This document shows, one piece after another, positions 7,570 through 17,363 of a DNA stretch of 28,518 nucleotides. A program made the position numbers and the translations under genes. Every line of letters starts with the position of its first letter. The first letter of the stretch is position 1. The notes below the pieces were generated by a model, which worked only from the letters and a program-made list of their open reading frames with translations, had not been told where the DNA came from and did no database searches. This DNA is from a bacterium BMS3Bbin02 (GTDB lineage Bacteria > Actinomycetota > Acidimicrobiia > Spongiisociales > UBA5794), in the NCBI GenBank assembly GCA_002898115.1, contig BDTL01000238.1:1-28518 (forward strand), in the 5' to 3' direction.

Positions 7570-9068
7570 TAGGGAAGCAGGAAGCTATCGTCGTAAATCG
7601 AATTCGCGGACCAGATCATCCAGCCAAGATCGCGTTTCTCCGCCACGTTCTGTACGGCCACGATCTCTCCGGCGTTGAGCTGCCATGTCTGGATCCATGG
7701 TCGATAGATCGAGGTCCCTTCGAGTTTCGGGATACCGGCGTCGAGGGCGGCACTGACGATCTCGACCGGGTAGTTGTTGGGGTTGTCGAAACCCTTCCAA
7801 CCAGGACCGTAGGTGTAGGTGTAGATCATCGGAGACAGAACGTCGATCACATTGGATAGCTCCGCCGGAGACTGCCCGATGCCTTCGTCCCACCCACTTT
7901 CAAGGGTGATCGCAAAGATATCAGCCGCCACCGCACAACCGAGAGGATTCAAAAGGTCGTGTGCCTCCTGGAGAAACGCCGTGATGGTTGCTACCCGAAC
8001 CTCCTCGGTATATGGCTCTTTGAAGCTGAGTGTCTTGATGTTGCCATCGGACGGGAACCGGACGTAATCGAATTGGATCTCATCGAAACCGAGTTCACAT
8101 GCCTCTTCGGCGAGATCAAGCGCCAGCTTCCACGAATCCCGGTTTGTCGGATCGAGCCAACGCAAACCCTTGTTGTTCTTCCACGGTTGACCGGTGGTGT
8201 TGTCAATAACCGCGAGGTCGGGTCTCGCTTTAGCGAGAGGGTTATCTTGGAACGTCACAATCCGCGTGATCTTGTACAACCCGGCCGCATCCATGTCGGC
8301 AAGCGCCCGCTCGACATCGTAGAAGTCTCTCACAGCTCCAATCTCGTTGGCGAGTTCGACGTTGGTCTTGTGGAAAATGATCCCGTCTTCGTTCCGGGTA
8401 TCGAGAACCAGGGCGTTGACCTCTGACCGGGCCGCGAGAGCCAGGATGTTCTTCCACGCCGCGGGAGACGCGGTCTTCTCCGCGTTGACGCGCAGAGCCT
8501 TGATCATGAGTGGTGACATCGTCACATCGATTCTCGGGTCATCCCCGTTCCATCGCGTCGTGATAGATTCCCAGGCCGGCCGATTGATACGCAACTCGCC
8601 TGCGGTCACTCGCTCGAGGCGGTAGCGACCGGTGGAATCGGTCTCGTCGACAACGCTCCCAAGCGAAACAATCGCAGAGGACAGCGGCTTACCGTCAGGC
8701 GTGGTAATAGTGCCCTCCAGAATCACCGGGTTCAGCTCGACCTCGTAAAGGCCATCCTCGGGAAAAGTCGTGATCAGGGTCGAATCGGGATGGAAGCCGG
8801 GAGCATTCACAATGAGTTGTGTCGGAGTCTCGTCCCATTCAAGGCTGACCGCGCCGGTCTCATCGGCCGTTCCAACGTTCTCACCAAAAGAAACCTGAGC
8901 CTCAATCGGTTCGCGTTGCTCGCGATCAACGACCTTGAATGCAATTTGCGGCGGTGCAGGCTCAGGCGACCTCACCGCGTCTCCTGAGACGATGACGCTA
9001 GGACCGGCACACGCCCCTAAACCAAGGGCGGCAAATACCAGTATGAAACCAAGATTTCGGGGGCGCAT
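7569..9068 (-). CDS. Lipoprotein with carboxypeptidase-regulatory-like repeats and a C-terminal putative glycoside hydrolase (DUF4015-like) TIM barrel
   Basis: 499 aa. Lipobox LGAC at residue 20, two small beta-sandwich-like domains (TADETG, TDSTGRY), then GFDEIQFDYVRFP, VAADIF, IGQ and DVLSPMIY motifs. Confidence 0.75.
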   Translation of the reverse strand: MRPRNLGFILVFAALGLGACAGPSVIVSGDAVRSPEPAPPQIAFKVVDREQREPIEAQVSFGENVGTADETGAVSLEWDETPTQLIVNAPGFHPDSTLITTFPEDGLYEVELNPVILEGTITTPDGKPLSSAIVSLGSVVDETDSTGRYRLERVTAGELRINRPAWESITTRWNGDDPRIDVTMSPLMIKALRVNAEKTASPAAWKNILALAARSEVNALVLDTRNEDGIIFHKTNVELANEIGAVRDFYDVERALADMDAAGLYKITRIVTFQDNPLAKARPDLAVIDNTTGQPWKNNKGLRWLDPTNRDSWKLALDLAEEACELGFDEIQFDYVRFPSDGNIKTLSFKEPYTEEVRVATITAFLQEAHDLLNPLGCAVAADIFAITLESGWDEGIGQSPAELSNVIDVLSPMIYTYTYGPGWKGFDNPNNYPVEIVSAALDAGIPKLEGTSIYRPWIQTWQLNAGEIVAVQNVAEKRDLGWMIWSANSIYDDSFLLP

Positions 9069-9212
9069 CAGCGGAAATGATCCTCGCGATGACTCGTTGT
9101 GAGCCTGTGACGGTGCTAAGAGGCTAGCCGCCCATTGCGTTAACCGTCGACGCCTGATAGGTTAAGAGCAACATCCCCCATTTGGAGGACCCCGGGGGAT
9201 GTACGGAAGGGC

Positions 9213-10157
<945 letters not shown>

Positions 10158-10201
10158 GAGCATTGCTCAATGGGTCGTATCCGGACTCCTACACTGGCCG
10201 G

Positions 10202-10471
10202 ATGGACTTCATCTTCTTGCTCATCGTCGCCGCGGTGCTCGGGGGAATCGGGGCACGGCTCGCAGGCCGGGACAACAATGGCTGTTTCATGTCGATCATT
10301 CTTGGTCTCATCGGGGCGATGCTCGGTCGCGCCGCGTCCGACCGGCTCGGGTTCGGCGACATCTGGACAATCACACTCGGAGGCACCCGGGTTCCAGTCC
10401 TCTCGACGATCGTCGGTTCAGCGTTGTTTGTAGGTCTCCTCAATCTCCTGGCTGGGAAGAACCGACGCTAA
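10202..10471 (+). CDS. GlsB/YeaQ/YmgE (transglycosylase-associated) stress-response membrane protein
   Basis: 89 aa, three hydrophobic helices with GxxA/GxxG pattern (IILGLIGAMLG, TIVGSALFV). TACACT -10 lies 6 nt before the ATG. Confidence 0.8.
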   Translation: MDFIFLLIVAAVLGGIGARLAGRDNNGCFMSIILGLIGAMLGRAASDRLGFGDIWTITLGGTRVPVLSTIVGSALFVGLLNLLAGKNRR

Positions 10472-10485
10472 CCCGGCGCCGACAC

Positions 10486-10959
10486 CTACGGTGTACGGCT
10501 GCTGCCGCGGTGGGAGTTCAGCGGAATCACGGCGGTCCCCTCGGCGAGGGCACGGTCGTCTGCGACTATCCGAGCAAGGGTCGCCTTCTTGAGCTCGGCG
10601 GCGAATGCATCTTTCGAGGCTCCCCACACCCAGTGAAGTGCGCAGACTTCCTCCCAGTGACACGGTCCTCCCTTGAGAGCACACTCCGCCGCTTCAAGCG
10701 GACCCTCGGTCGCTTCGACTATGTCCAGAAGAGTGACCTCATCTGCGGGGCGGGCAAGAACGTAACCACCGGTCCGCCCAGGACGAGACGCCACCAAACC
10801 ACTGCGTTGAAGAATTGGGAGAATCTGATGAAGGAATCCCTTCGGAATGGTCATCTCCTCCGCCAGCGTGGATGCCGTCACCATCTCCCCTTCATCCCGG
10901 GCGAGATACACCAGGGCACGTATCGCGTAGTCGGTTCTTCGTGTCGGAACGATCTTCAT
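10486..10959 (-). CDS. Rrf2 family transcriptional regulator, probably Fe-S binding
   Basis: 157 aa. DYAIRALVYLA, GLVASRPGRTGGYVLARPA, ITLLDIV-like VTLLDIVEATEG, and C-x6-C-x5-C-x2-H. Confidence 0.9.
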   Translation of the reverse strand: MKIVPTRRTDYAIRALVYLARDEGEMVTASTLAEEMTIPKGFLHQILPILQRSGLVASRPGRTGGYVLARPADEVTLLDIVEATEGPLEAAECALKGGPCHWEEVCALHWVWGASKDAFAAELKKATLARIVADDRALAEGTAVIPLNSHRGSSRTP

Positions 10960-11050
10960 ATGAGACCAACTCTACAACCCGCGCGAACTAAGAACTCCGA
11001 ATGACTTGTTTGGCGGAGACCTTTCCTTGTATATTGTCACGCTATGTACT

Positions 11051-11080
11051 CAACATACGACGCAATCAGCGTGTATGTTG
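11051..11080. promoter_or_regulatory. Inverted repeat in the rrf2/cox divergent intergenic region
   Basis: CAACATAC-N14-GTATGTTG, a perfect 8-bp pair, with an inner ACGC/GCGT pair. Confidence 0.5.
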
Positions 11081-11174
11081 CCAGATCGAGGGAAGCGTGA
11101 GGGGATAGAGTGCACAACATTGCTCCTGGCCGCGAGGCCATTCATCTGCCGATGTTACGGCTTCGGGCAGTCGG

Positions 11175-11918
11175 ATGAAGAGGGATCTGATCAACACGGG
11201 CCTGCTCTGGCTCGTTCTTACCATCCTCGGTTGGGTCCTGGTTCTCAATTGGAACATCTTTCCTCCCGCGCTTGCACGGGAGGCAGAAATCGTCGATAAC
11301 GCGTTCAACCTCCTCATGGTGCTGGCAGTCCCGGTATTCACATTCATCGTCGCGATCATGATCTACGCAGCGTTCCGCTTCCGAGACCCTGAGCGCACGG
11401 AAGACGGGCCACCGATACGGGAAACCGGACGAATCATGACCGCCTGGCTCGTAGTGACGGTCACACTCGCTGCGGGCATCCTGATCAACCCGGGGTTTGT
11501 GGGTATGGCCGAGATCAGAGCCGGGGGTGAACCCGACATCGTCATCGGCATCACCGGGCAGCGGTGGTCGTGGACGATCAGCTATCCAAACGGCGTGGAC
11601 GTTACGAGCTACACCGGTGAGTTGGTCCTGCCTGTAGACAATCGGATTGAGTTCGAGATCACCAGTCTCGATCCCGATGTCATCCACTCCGTTTGGATCC
11701 CAGCCTTCAGGATCAAGAAGGATGCGGTCCCGGGTCGCATCACCCAAATGTTCATCACACCGACCGAGACAGGATCGTTCGAAGACGACCCGAACGTCCG
11801 GCTCCAGTGCGCGGAGCTCTGTGGACTGGGTCACGCAACCATGGCAATGAAGGTACGCATCGTTGAACAGGCTGAGTTCGACGCGTATCTGGACGAGATT
11901 CTGGCAGAAGGAAGCTGA
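11175..11918 (+). CDS. ctaC: Cytochrome c oxidase subunit II
   Basis: 247 aa. TM helices, GQRWSW, DVIHSVWIP and CuA motif CAELCGLGHATM. No fused cytochrome c domain. Confidence 0.93.
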   Translation: MKRDLINTGLLWLVLTILGWVLVLNWNIFPPALAREAEIVDNAFNLLMVLAVPVFTFIVAIMIYAAFRFRDPERTEDGPPIRETGRIMTAWLVVTVTLAAGILINPGFVGMAEIRAGGEPDIVIGITGQRWSWTISYPNGVDVTSYTGELVLPVDNRIEFEITSLDPDVIHSVWIPAFRIKKDAVPGRITQMFITPTETGSFEDDPNVRLQCAELCGLGHATMAMKVRIVEQAEFDAYLDEILAEGS

Positions 11919-11922
11919 GACT

Positions 11923-13728
11923 ATGTGGCCACTTATTCGCGGGACAGTGTCCGGAATTGTCGGATACCTGATCGGGGCATTGCTCGCAACCGTCACCACA
12001 AGTTCAACGTTTTCGGGGGAGTTTGCACTCGTCCTCGGCTTCGCTTTCGGACTCATGGGTTGGCTCTTTGGCATCGGAATGTGGAACGCTTGGGGTCGCC
12101 AGTGGGTCGGACTCCCCACCAAGAGTGAGGACGCCGACGGGTGGCGTCGCTACTTCCGTTTCAATACCGACCATAAGGTCATCGGGGGCCAGTACCTGGT
12201 CACGATGCTCGTCGTATTTCTCCTAGCAGGCCTTGTCGCTGTAGCGATACGAGCCGAGCTCGCGTCCCCCGGTCAAAGTTTCTTTGCCCCGGACACATAC
12301 AACAAGGTCATGTCGATGCACGGCATCCTGATGATTGCCGTGGCCGTGGCCGGTATTCTTGGAGCCTTCGGGAACTACCTTGTCCCGCTCATGATCGGGG
12401 CAGACGACATGGCGTTCCCCCGCATCAATGCACTCGGCTTTTGGATGATCCCCCCGGTCGCAGTCGCCTTGCTTGCCGCTCCCCTCGTCGGATCATTCAA
12501 CGCCGGGTGGACGTCGTACCCACCGCTCAGCGTGCTCAACGCCGACGGTCAGGTGCTCTTCAACGTTGCGGTGATCACGTTTGGCCTCTCATCTATTCTG
12601 GGAGGCCTCAATATCGTCGCGACTGTAATCACGATGCGAGCGCCCGGCATGACGTGGTGGAAACTTCCGATCTTTGTGTGGGCCGCCTTTGCTGCCTCGA
12701 TCTTGAGCCTCACGGTCACCCAGTTCTTCGCCGCTTCGCTCATCATGATCCTTCTCGACCGTATCGCCGGGACAACCTGGTTCGGCGCACCAGGAGGAGG
12801 CACCGCACTGCTGTACGAGCACGTATTCTGGTTCTACTCACATCCGGCCGTGTACATCATGGTGTTACCGGGGATGGGCGTCATCCTTGAGATCATTGCC
12901 CACTTCTCGCGCAAACCTCTCTTCGCCTACAAGGCCTCAGTCATATCGTTCCTCAGCATCGGCGGAATCGGTTCAATCGTGTGGGCGCATCACATGTTTA
13001 CCAGCGGGATGGCACAAAACCTCGAAGGTCCGTTCATGGCTCTCACTGAGCTTGTGTCCATCCCGACAGGCATCATCTTCCTCGCGGCGATAGGCACGTT
13101 ATGGCGAGGCAAGCTCTGGTTCCAGACCCCGTTACTCCTGGCATTCTTCTGGATATTCCAGTTTCTGATTGGTGGTATCACCGGGATATTCCTGGCCGAC
13201 TTCGTGACAGATCTCTCGCTGCATGACACATACTTCGTGGTCGCGCACTTCCACTACACGATTGTCGGTGGATCCATCTTCGCTTTGATGGCAGGAACCT
13301 TCTATTGGTTCCCGAAGGTAACGGGTCGCATGTACAACGAACGTCTGGGAAAGATCTTTGCTACCTGGTTCTTCGTGTTCTTCCAACTGACATTCATTCC
13401 ACTGTTCTGGGTGGGCCTCAACGGTATGAACCGACGCGTCGGTACCTACCAGGACAACCTCGGTGGCGTGAATCGCTTTGCGAGCGTGATGGCCATGATC
13501 ATGGCGCTCGGGTTCGTCCTCTTTGTCGTCAACCTCTTGTGGTCGGCGAAGCGGGGACCGATCGCGGGAGCAAACCCATGGAACGCCAGGACTCTCGAAT
13601 GGCAGGTGTCCTCTCCTCCACCGAAACACAACTTCGCTACCCCACCCTCGATCGACGGCGGCCCGTACGACTACGGCACCGTCGGAGCGGCCACCCATCT
13701 CAGTGGCGCCACAGAGCCGGTGGGATGA
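11923..13728 (+). CDS. ctaD: Cytochrome c oxidase subunit I, A2 type
   Basis: TDHKVIG, MHG, DMAFPRIN, FWFYSHPAVY, WAHH, HDTYFVVAHFHY and GMNRR. Start at ATG 11923, just after the subunit II stop. Confidence 0.93.
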   Translation: MWPLIRGTVSGIVGYLIGALLATVTTSSTFSGEFALVLGFAFGLMGWLFGIGMWNAWGRQWVGLPTKSEDADGWRRYFRFNTDHKVIGGQYLVTMLVVFLLAGLVAVAIRAELASPGQSFFAPDTYNKVMSMHGILMIAVAVAGILGAFGNYLVPLMIGADDMAFPRINALGFWMIPPVAVALLAAPLVGSFNAGWTSYPPLSVLNADGQVLFNVAVITFGLSSILGGLNIVATVITMRAPGMTWWKLPIFVWAAFAASILSLTVTQFFAASLIMILLDRIAGTTWFGAPGGGTALLYEHVFWFYSHPAVYIMVLPGMGVILEIIAHFSRKPLFAYKASVISFLSIGGIGSIVWAHHMFTSGMAQNLEGPFMALTELVSIPTGIIFLAAIGTLWRGKLWFQTPLLLAFFWIFQFLIGGITGIFLADFVTDLSLHDTYFVVAHFHYTIVGGSIFALMAGTFYWFPKVTGRMYNERLGKIFATWFFVFFQLTFIPLFWVGLNGMNRRVGTYQDNLGGVNRFASVMAMIMALGFVLFVVNLLWSAKRGPIAGANPWNARTLEWQVSSPPPKHNFATPPSIDGGPYDYGTVGAATHLSGATEPVG

Positions 13729-13762
13729 ACCCATGACGAATGAACCCGATGATGGAGGAACG

Positions 13763-13990
13763 ATGACCGCAGCAACATCTACCTACGGTCCCGGAAGCTA
13801 CCGGGACAAGGCGCGATCGGGATGGATCACGGCGGTCCTGCTCGGTGTCCTCACACTGATCGAGTATGCGGTCGCAGTAACGGTGGAAAACCCGCTGCTG
13901 CTCCTGCTCCCGTTTGTTCTCGCCAAGGGTGCATTGATCATGGACTTCTTTATGCACGTGAGGAAACTCCGGACCGGAGGCGATCACTGA
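13763..13990 (+). CDS. ctaF: Cytochrome c oxidase subunit IV (prokaryotic COX4)
   Basis: LGVLTLIEY...AKGALIMDFFMH motif. SD GGAGG at 13754-13758; ATG 13733 is an alternative start. Lies between subunits I and III. Confidence 0.75.
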   Translation: MTAATSTYGPGSYRDKARSGWITAVLLGVLTLIEYAVAVTVENPLLLLLPFVLAKGALIMDFFMHVRKLRTGGDH

Positions 13991-14562
13991 TGACAACCAG
14001 CGCAGAACTCATCGAACACGGTCATGGACCGTCCAAGCAGAGACGGATCAACCAACTCGGGTTGTGGTTGTTTTTTGCCTCCGAAACGTTCCTCTTCGGC
14101 GCCTTTATTTCGTCACGGTTCGCAACGACCCAGACAGAAACGCCAGCCGATCTCAACCAGGCACTTGCTCTAGGGCTCACCATCGTGTTGTTGCTCTCAA
14201 GCATCAGCGCGTACATGGCAGAGACTGCGAACGCCCACGACGATCGCAGAGGGTTCAAGATCTACACGATCGCGACAATTCTCCTGGGTACCCTCTTCCT
14301 CGGAGGCGTCGCTCTGGAGTGGACCGAGGCCCTTGAATACTTCCCCCCCGGGACGATCTACGGTACGGCGTTCTTTAGCCTGGTTGGACTACATGCGTTC
14401 CATGTGCTCACCGGCCTGATTGCACTTCTGGTGATCCTCTTTTTGGGCAAAGAGGGTCGGTTCGGTTCCAAGGACAGTTGGCCGGTCGAGGGTGTCATCA
14501 AGTATTGGCACTTCGTCGACCTTGCGTGGGTCATCATCTACCCGACGCTGTACCTGTTCTGA
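13990..14562 (+). CDS. ctaE: Cytochrome c oxidase subunit III
   Basis: 190 aa. GLWLFFASETFLFG, FFSLVGLHAFHV and YWHFVDLAW. TGATG overlap with subunit IV. Confidence 0.9.
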   Translation: MTTSAELIEHGHGPSKQRRINQLGLWLFFASETFLFGAFISSRFATTQTETPADLNQALALGLTIVLLLSSISAYMAETANAHDDRRGFKIYTIATILLGTLFLGGVALEWTEALEYFPPGTIYGTAFFSLVGLHAFHVLTGLIALLVILFLGKEGRFGSKDSWPVEGVIKYWHFVDLAWVIIYPTLYLF

Positions 14563-14582
14563 CGGGTCGCCCGGGACGTGGC

Positions 14583-15242
14583 CTAGAACAGTCGCAGGTG
14601 GGGTGAGTCGATGCCGCGCAAACGGTCGTAATCGATCTCGACCCAGGTGATGCCGCGGTCTTCGGCCAGCACGCGCGCCTGGGGTTTCACGACCTGCGCG
14701 ACAAAGATACCCCGTACCGGAGCGAGCCTGTCGTCGCGGTTAAGGAAGTCAAGATACCGGGTGAGTTGCTCCACACCATCTATCTCGCCGCGACGTTTGA
14801 CTTCGATCGCCACGGTACCGTCGTCATCGGCGCGACACAGCAGGTCCACGGGCCCGATCGGAGTCGGATATTCGCGCCGGATCAACTCAAGGCCCTCTTC
14901 GATCTCCTCGGGATGGTCGGCCAGCAACCGCTGGAGATCCGCCTCGACGCCGTCTTTCTGAAGCCCCGGGTCGTCGCCGAGTTCCATAGCAGTCTCGAAA
15001 AAGATCTCCCCAAATGTGATCGTCAACGTCTCCCCCTTCGGATTCGTCACAACCCACCGCTGACCGTCGTCGATGAGATGGTTGGGGGCGTTCATCCAGT
15101 TGAGTGGTTTATACGCACCACCATCGGCATGAACCGCTACACAGCCATCTGCCTTCACCATGACCAGACGGGTCGCCAAAGGAAGATGGGCGTTGAGCCG
15201 ACCCTCGTAGTCGACCGTGCATTGGGCAATAACAATCCGCAT
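14583..15242 (-). CDS. nucS: Mismatch-specific endonuclease NucS/EndoMS
   Basis: 219 aa. [55 protein letters not shown] and C-terminal clamp-binding-like LRLF. Confidence 0.93.
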   Translation of the reverse strand: MRIVIAQCTVDYEGRLNAHLPLATRLVMVKADGCVAVHADGGAYKPLNWMNAPNHLIDDGQRWVVTNPKGETLTITFGEIFFETAMELGDDPGLQKDGVEADLQRLLADHPEEIEEGLELIRREYPTPIGPVDLLCRADDDGTVAIEVKRRGEIDGVEQLTRYLDFLNRDDRLAPVRGIFVAQVVKPQARVLAEDRGITWVEIDYDRLRGIDSPHLRLF

Positions 15243-15295
15243 CCACCCAGGCTACCCGACCCCGAACTGTGGATAGCTCGCATGGGTGCCGTGAG

Positions 15296-15910
15296 CTAGC
15301 GGGCAACGCCCACTGCAGCCAGCACGGCGGTTGTGCAGCGTTGGCGGTACTCGGCGTGGGAGTCTTCCCAGTCGGCGCGTTGTAACCATTGCAAGAAAAA
15401 GCCCTCAACGATGGCCCGCATCGTTGCTGCGGCTTCCGTCAGATCGGTCGCTGGGATCGAGCCCGCGTACATTGCTTCGCCGAGGATCTCTGCATAGTGC
15501 CCCTCGATGATCTCGGTCGCGGTTGCGCCAAGGCTATCGAAACCATCGACTCGCGTCTGGTGCTCAACGCCATCGAGATAGAACCTGAAGAAATCCCGAT
15601 TCGCTTGTGGGTTGCGCCACACGGCCGCTACCACGGCTCGGATCGCATCCAGCGTGTCCTCACTCGATTCGACCGCAGCCCGCAGCCTTCTCGCGGTACC
15701 GCGCAGCACCCACTCCAGGGCCGCAAGAACAAGAGCATCCTTGGAGCCGTAGTGATACAACACAAGACCCTTGGAGACACCTGCCTCGTCTGCGACCTCG
15801 GTCAACGGAACCCGATGCACGCCACGGCGCGACATCACTCGGTAGGCAGCTTTGACGATCGAGAGGCTGCGCTCCTCAATCGACGCTTCCGCCGCCGTCA
15901 GAGCCGCCAT
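15296..15910 (-). CDS. TetR/AcrR family transcriptional regulator
   Basis: 204 aa. N-terminal HTH VADEAGVSKGLVLYHYGSKDAL. Starts 6 bp after the boxB stop. Confidence 0.9.
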   Translation of the reverse strand: MAALTAAEASIEERSLSIVKAAYRVMSRRGVHRVPLTEVADEAGVSKGLVLYHYGSKDALVLAALEWVLRGTARRLRAAVESSEDTLDAIRAVVAAVWRNPQANRDFFRFYLDGVEHQTRVDGFDSLGATATEIIEGHYAEILGEAMYAGSIPATDLTEAAATMRAIVEGFFLQWLQRADWEDSHAEYRQRCTTAVLAAVGVAR

Positions 15911-15916
15911 GGCGTC

Positions 15917-17362
15917 CTACGGCAGCTTGACATAGAGAAAATCCTCGGGTTTGTTCTGGATACCCTTGGACGGAGGGGCGATCCAGCTCGCATACTCACC
16001 CGCCTCGAACTTGGAGTTCATCAGACTCTCGATGTGTGCCCGATCGGCGACCGTCGGGAGCCACTCATCAACAGCAGCTTCCCATTCATCGTCGGTGAGC
16101 AACTCTCCAGTTGGCGATGTGTTGAGATCGGAGAATTCGCCGATCTCTCGGTTGAACGCAACGTGCGGCAGCCTGATCTCGAAATCGATGCCCGCGCCGG
16201 CGATCACACGATTCCAGCGAGCTACCCCTCCCTGGCAATCGTCGATAAAGTCGTCGCGCAGCCTTGCGTTGAGCGCGATGAGAGCAGGAACGTCGACCGA
16301 GCGGAAACGACCATCCACCAGCTTCATGACCGGGTAGGTATCGTTGATGAGACGATGGTCATCGTCGAGTTGTGACTCGTGGTACCGACCCTTGATCCCG
16401 GCGTTGAAGGCGTTTGCGGCGTTCGTCGACTCCTCCGATCCGAAGAGATCTAGCGTCAGAGAGAAGTGCTGGTTCGTTTTTCGCTGAACTGTCGGCAGAT
16501 CGATCACACCAAGCGGGCGAATCGCCTCGAGGTCGTACGGATCCTCGATCCCCGCCGCTTCCATTGCCTCGACCGTCGCCTGAACGACACGCCGAATACC
16601 GGTGTAGCCGACAAACATGTGATGCGCCTCCTCGGCGAGCATGAAGCGGCAGGTTCTACTTAGCGGATCGAACCCCGACTGTGCCAGTGCCTCAAGCTGC
16701 ATCTTCCCGTCGCGGTCGGTGAAGTAGGTGAACATAAAGAACGACAACCAGTCGGGCGTTTCTTCATTGAACGCGCCGAGCATTCTCGGACGATCGTCGC
16801 TTCCCGACTGGCGCTCCAATAACGCACCGGCCTCCTCGCGACCATCCCGACCAAAATACTTCTGCAACAAATAGACCATCGCCCACAGATGACGCCCCTC
16901 CTCCACATTGACCTGAAACAGGTTGCGCAGGTCATAGAGAGATGGGGCCGTTGCGCCGAGGAACCGCTGTTGCTCGACCGAAGCCGGCTCCGTGTCACCC
17001 TGGATCACAATGAGTCGTCGCAGCAGAGCGCGATATTCGCCCGGCACCTCCTGCCACACCGGCTCACCTGCGTGCTCGCCGCAGGGAATCGTACGCCCCT
17101 CGACCGCGGGCGCGAGCAGAATCCCCCACCGGTAGTCAGGCATCTTCACGTAGTCGAACTGTGCCCAACCTTCGTTCTCGACACTGACGGCGGTCCGCAG
17201 AAACACGTCCGCGGCCTGAAAACCCTCGGGTCCCATCGACATCCACCAGTCGATATAGCCGGGATGCCAAGCCTCAAGTGCGCGTCGCAGCTTCGGGTCG
17301 TCGGCTAGACCGACATTGTTCGGAATCAGGGCGTCGTAGTCAACCTTCTCTGAACTCGTCAC
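15917..17362 (-). CDS. boxB: Benzoyl-CoA 2,3-epoxidase subunit B (di-iron)
   Basis: IPNNVGL, MPDYRWG, and di-iron ligand motifs QGDTEPAS, EEGRH, FTDRDG, EEAHH. Start placed at GTG 17362 with SD GAGGAG, directly after the boxC stop; the ORF track starts at 17431. Confidence 0.92.
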   Translation of the reverse strand: MTSSEKVDYDALIPNNVGLADDPKLRRALEAWHPGYIDWWMSMGPEGFQAADVFLRTAVSVENEGWAQFDYVKMPDYRWGILLAPAVEGRTIPCGEHAGEPVWQEVPGEYRALLRRLIVIQGDTEPASVEQQRFLGATAPSLYDLRNLFQVNVEEGRHLWAMVYLLQKYFGRDGREEAGALLERQSGSDDRPRMLGAFNEETPDWLSFFMFTYFTDRDGKMQLEALAQSGFDPLSRTCRFMLAEEAHHMFVGYTGIRRVVQATVEAMEAAGIEDPYDLEAIRPLGVIDLPTVQRKTNQHFSLTLDLFGSEESTNAANAFNAGIKGRYHESQLDDDHRLINDTYPVMKLVDGRFRSVDVPALIALNARLRDDFIDDCQGGVARWNRVIAGAGIDFEIRLPHVAFNREIGEFSDLNTSPTGELLTDDEWEAAVDEWLPTVADRAHIESLMNSKFEAGEYASWIAPPSKGIQNKPEDFLYVKLP

Positions 17363-17363
17363 G

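Noticed and set aside
14583-15242. NucS as part of a restriction or defence system
   Set aside because: It is a standard-length actinobacterial NucS with a clamp-binding tail and no neighbouring methylase or defence genes, so it is explained as housekeeping mismatch repair.
15389-16375. 328-aa plus-strand ORF, and similar antisense ORFs at 403-1230, 11142-12122 and 26206-27183
   Set aside because: Antisense shadows of well-supported genes, with no domain-like features.
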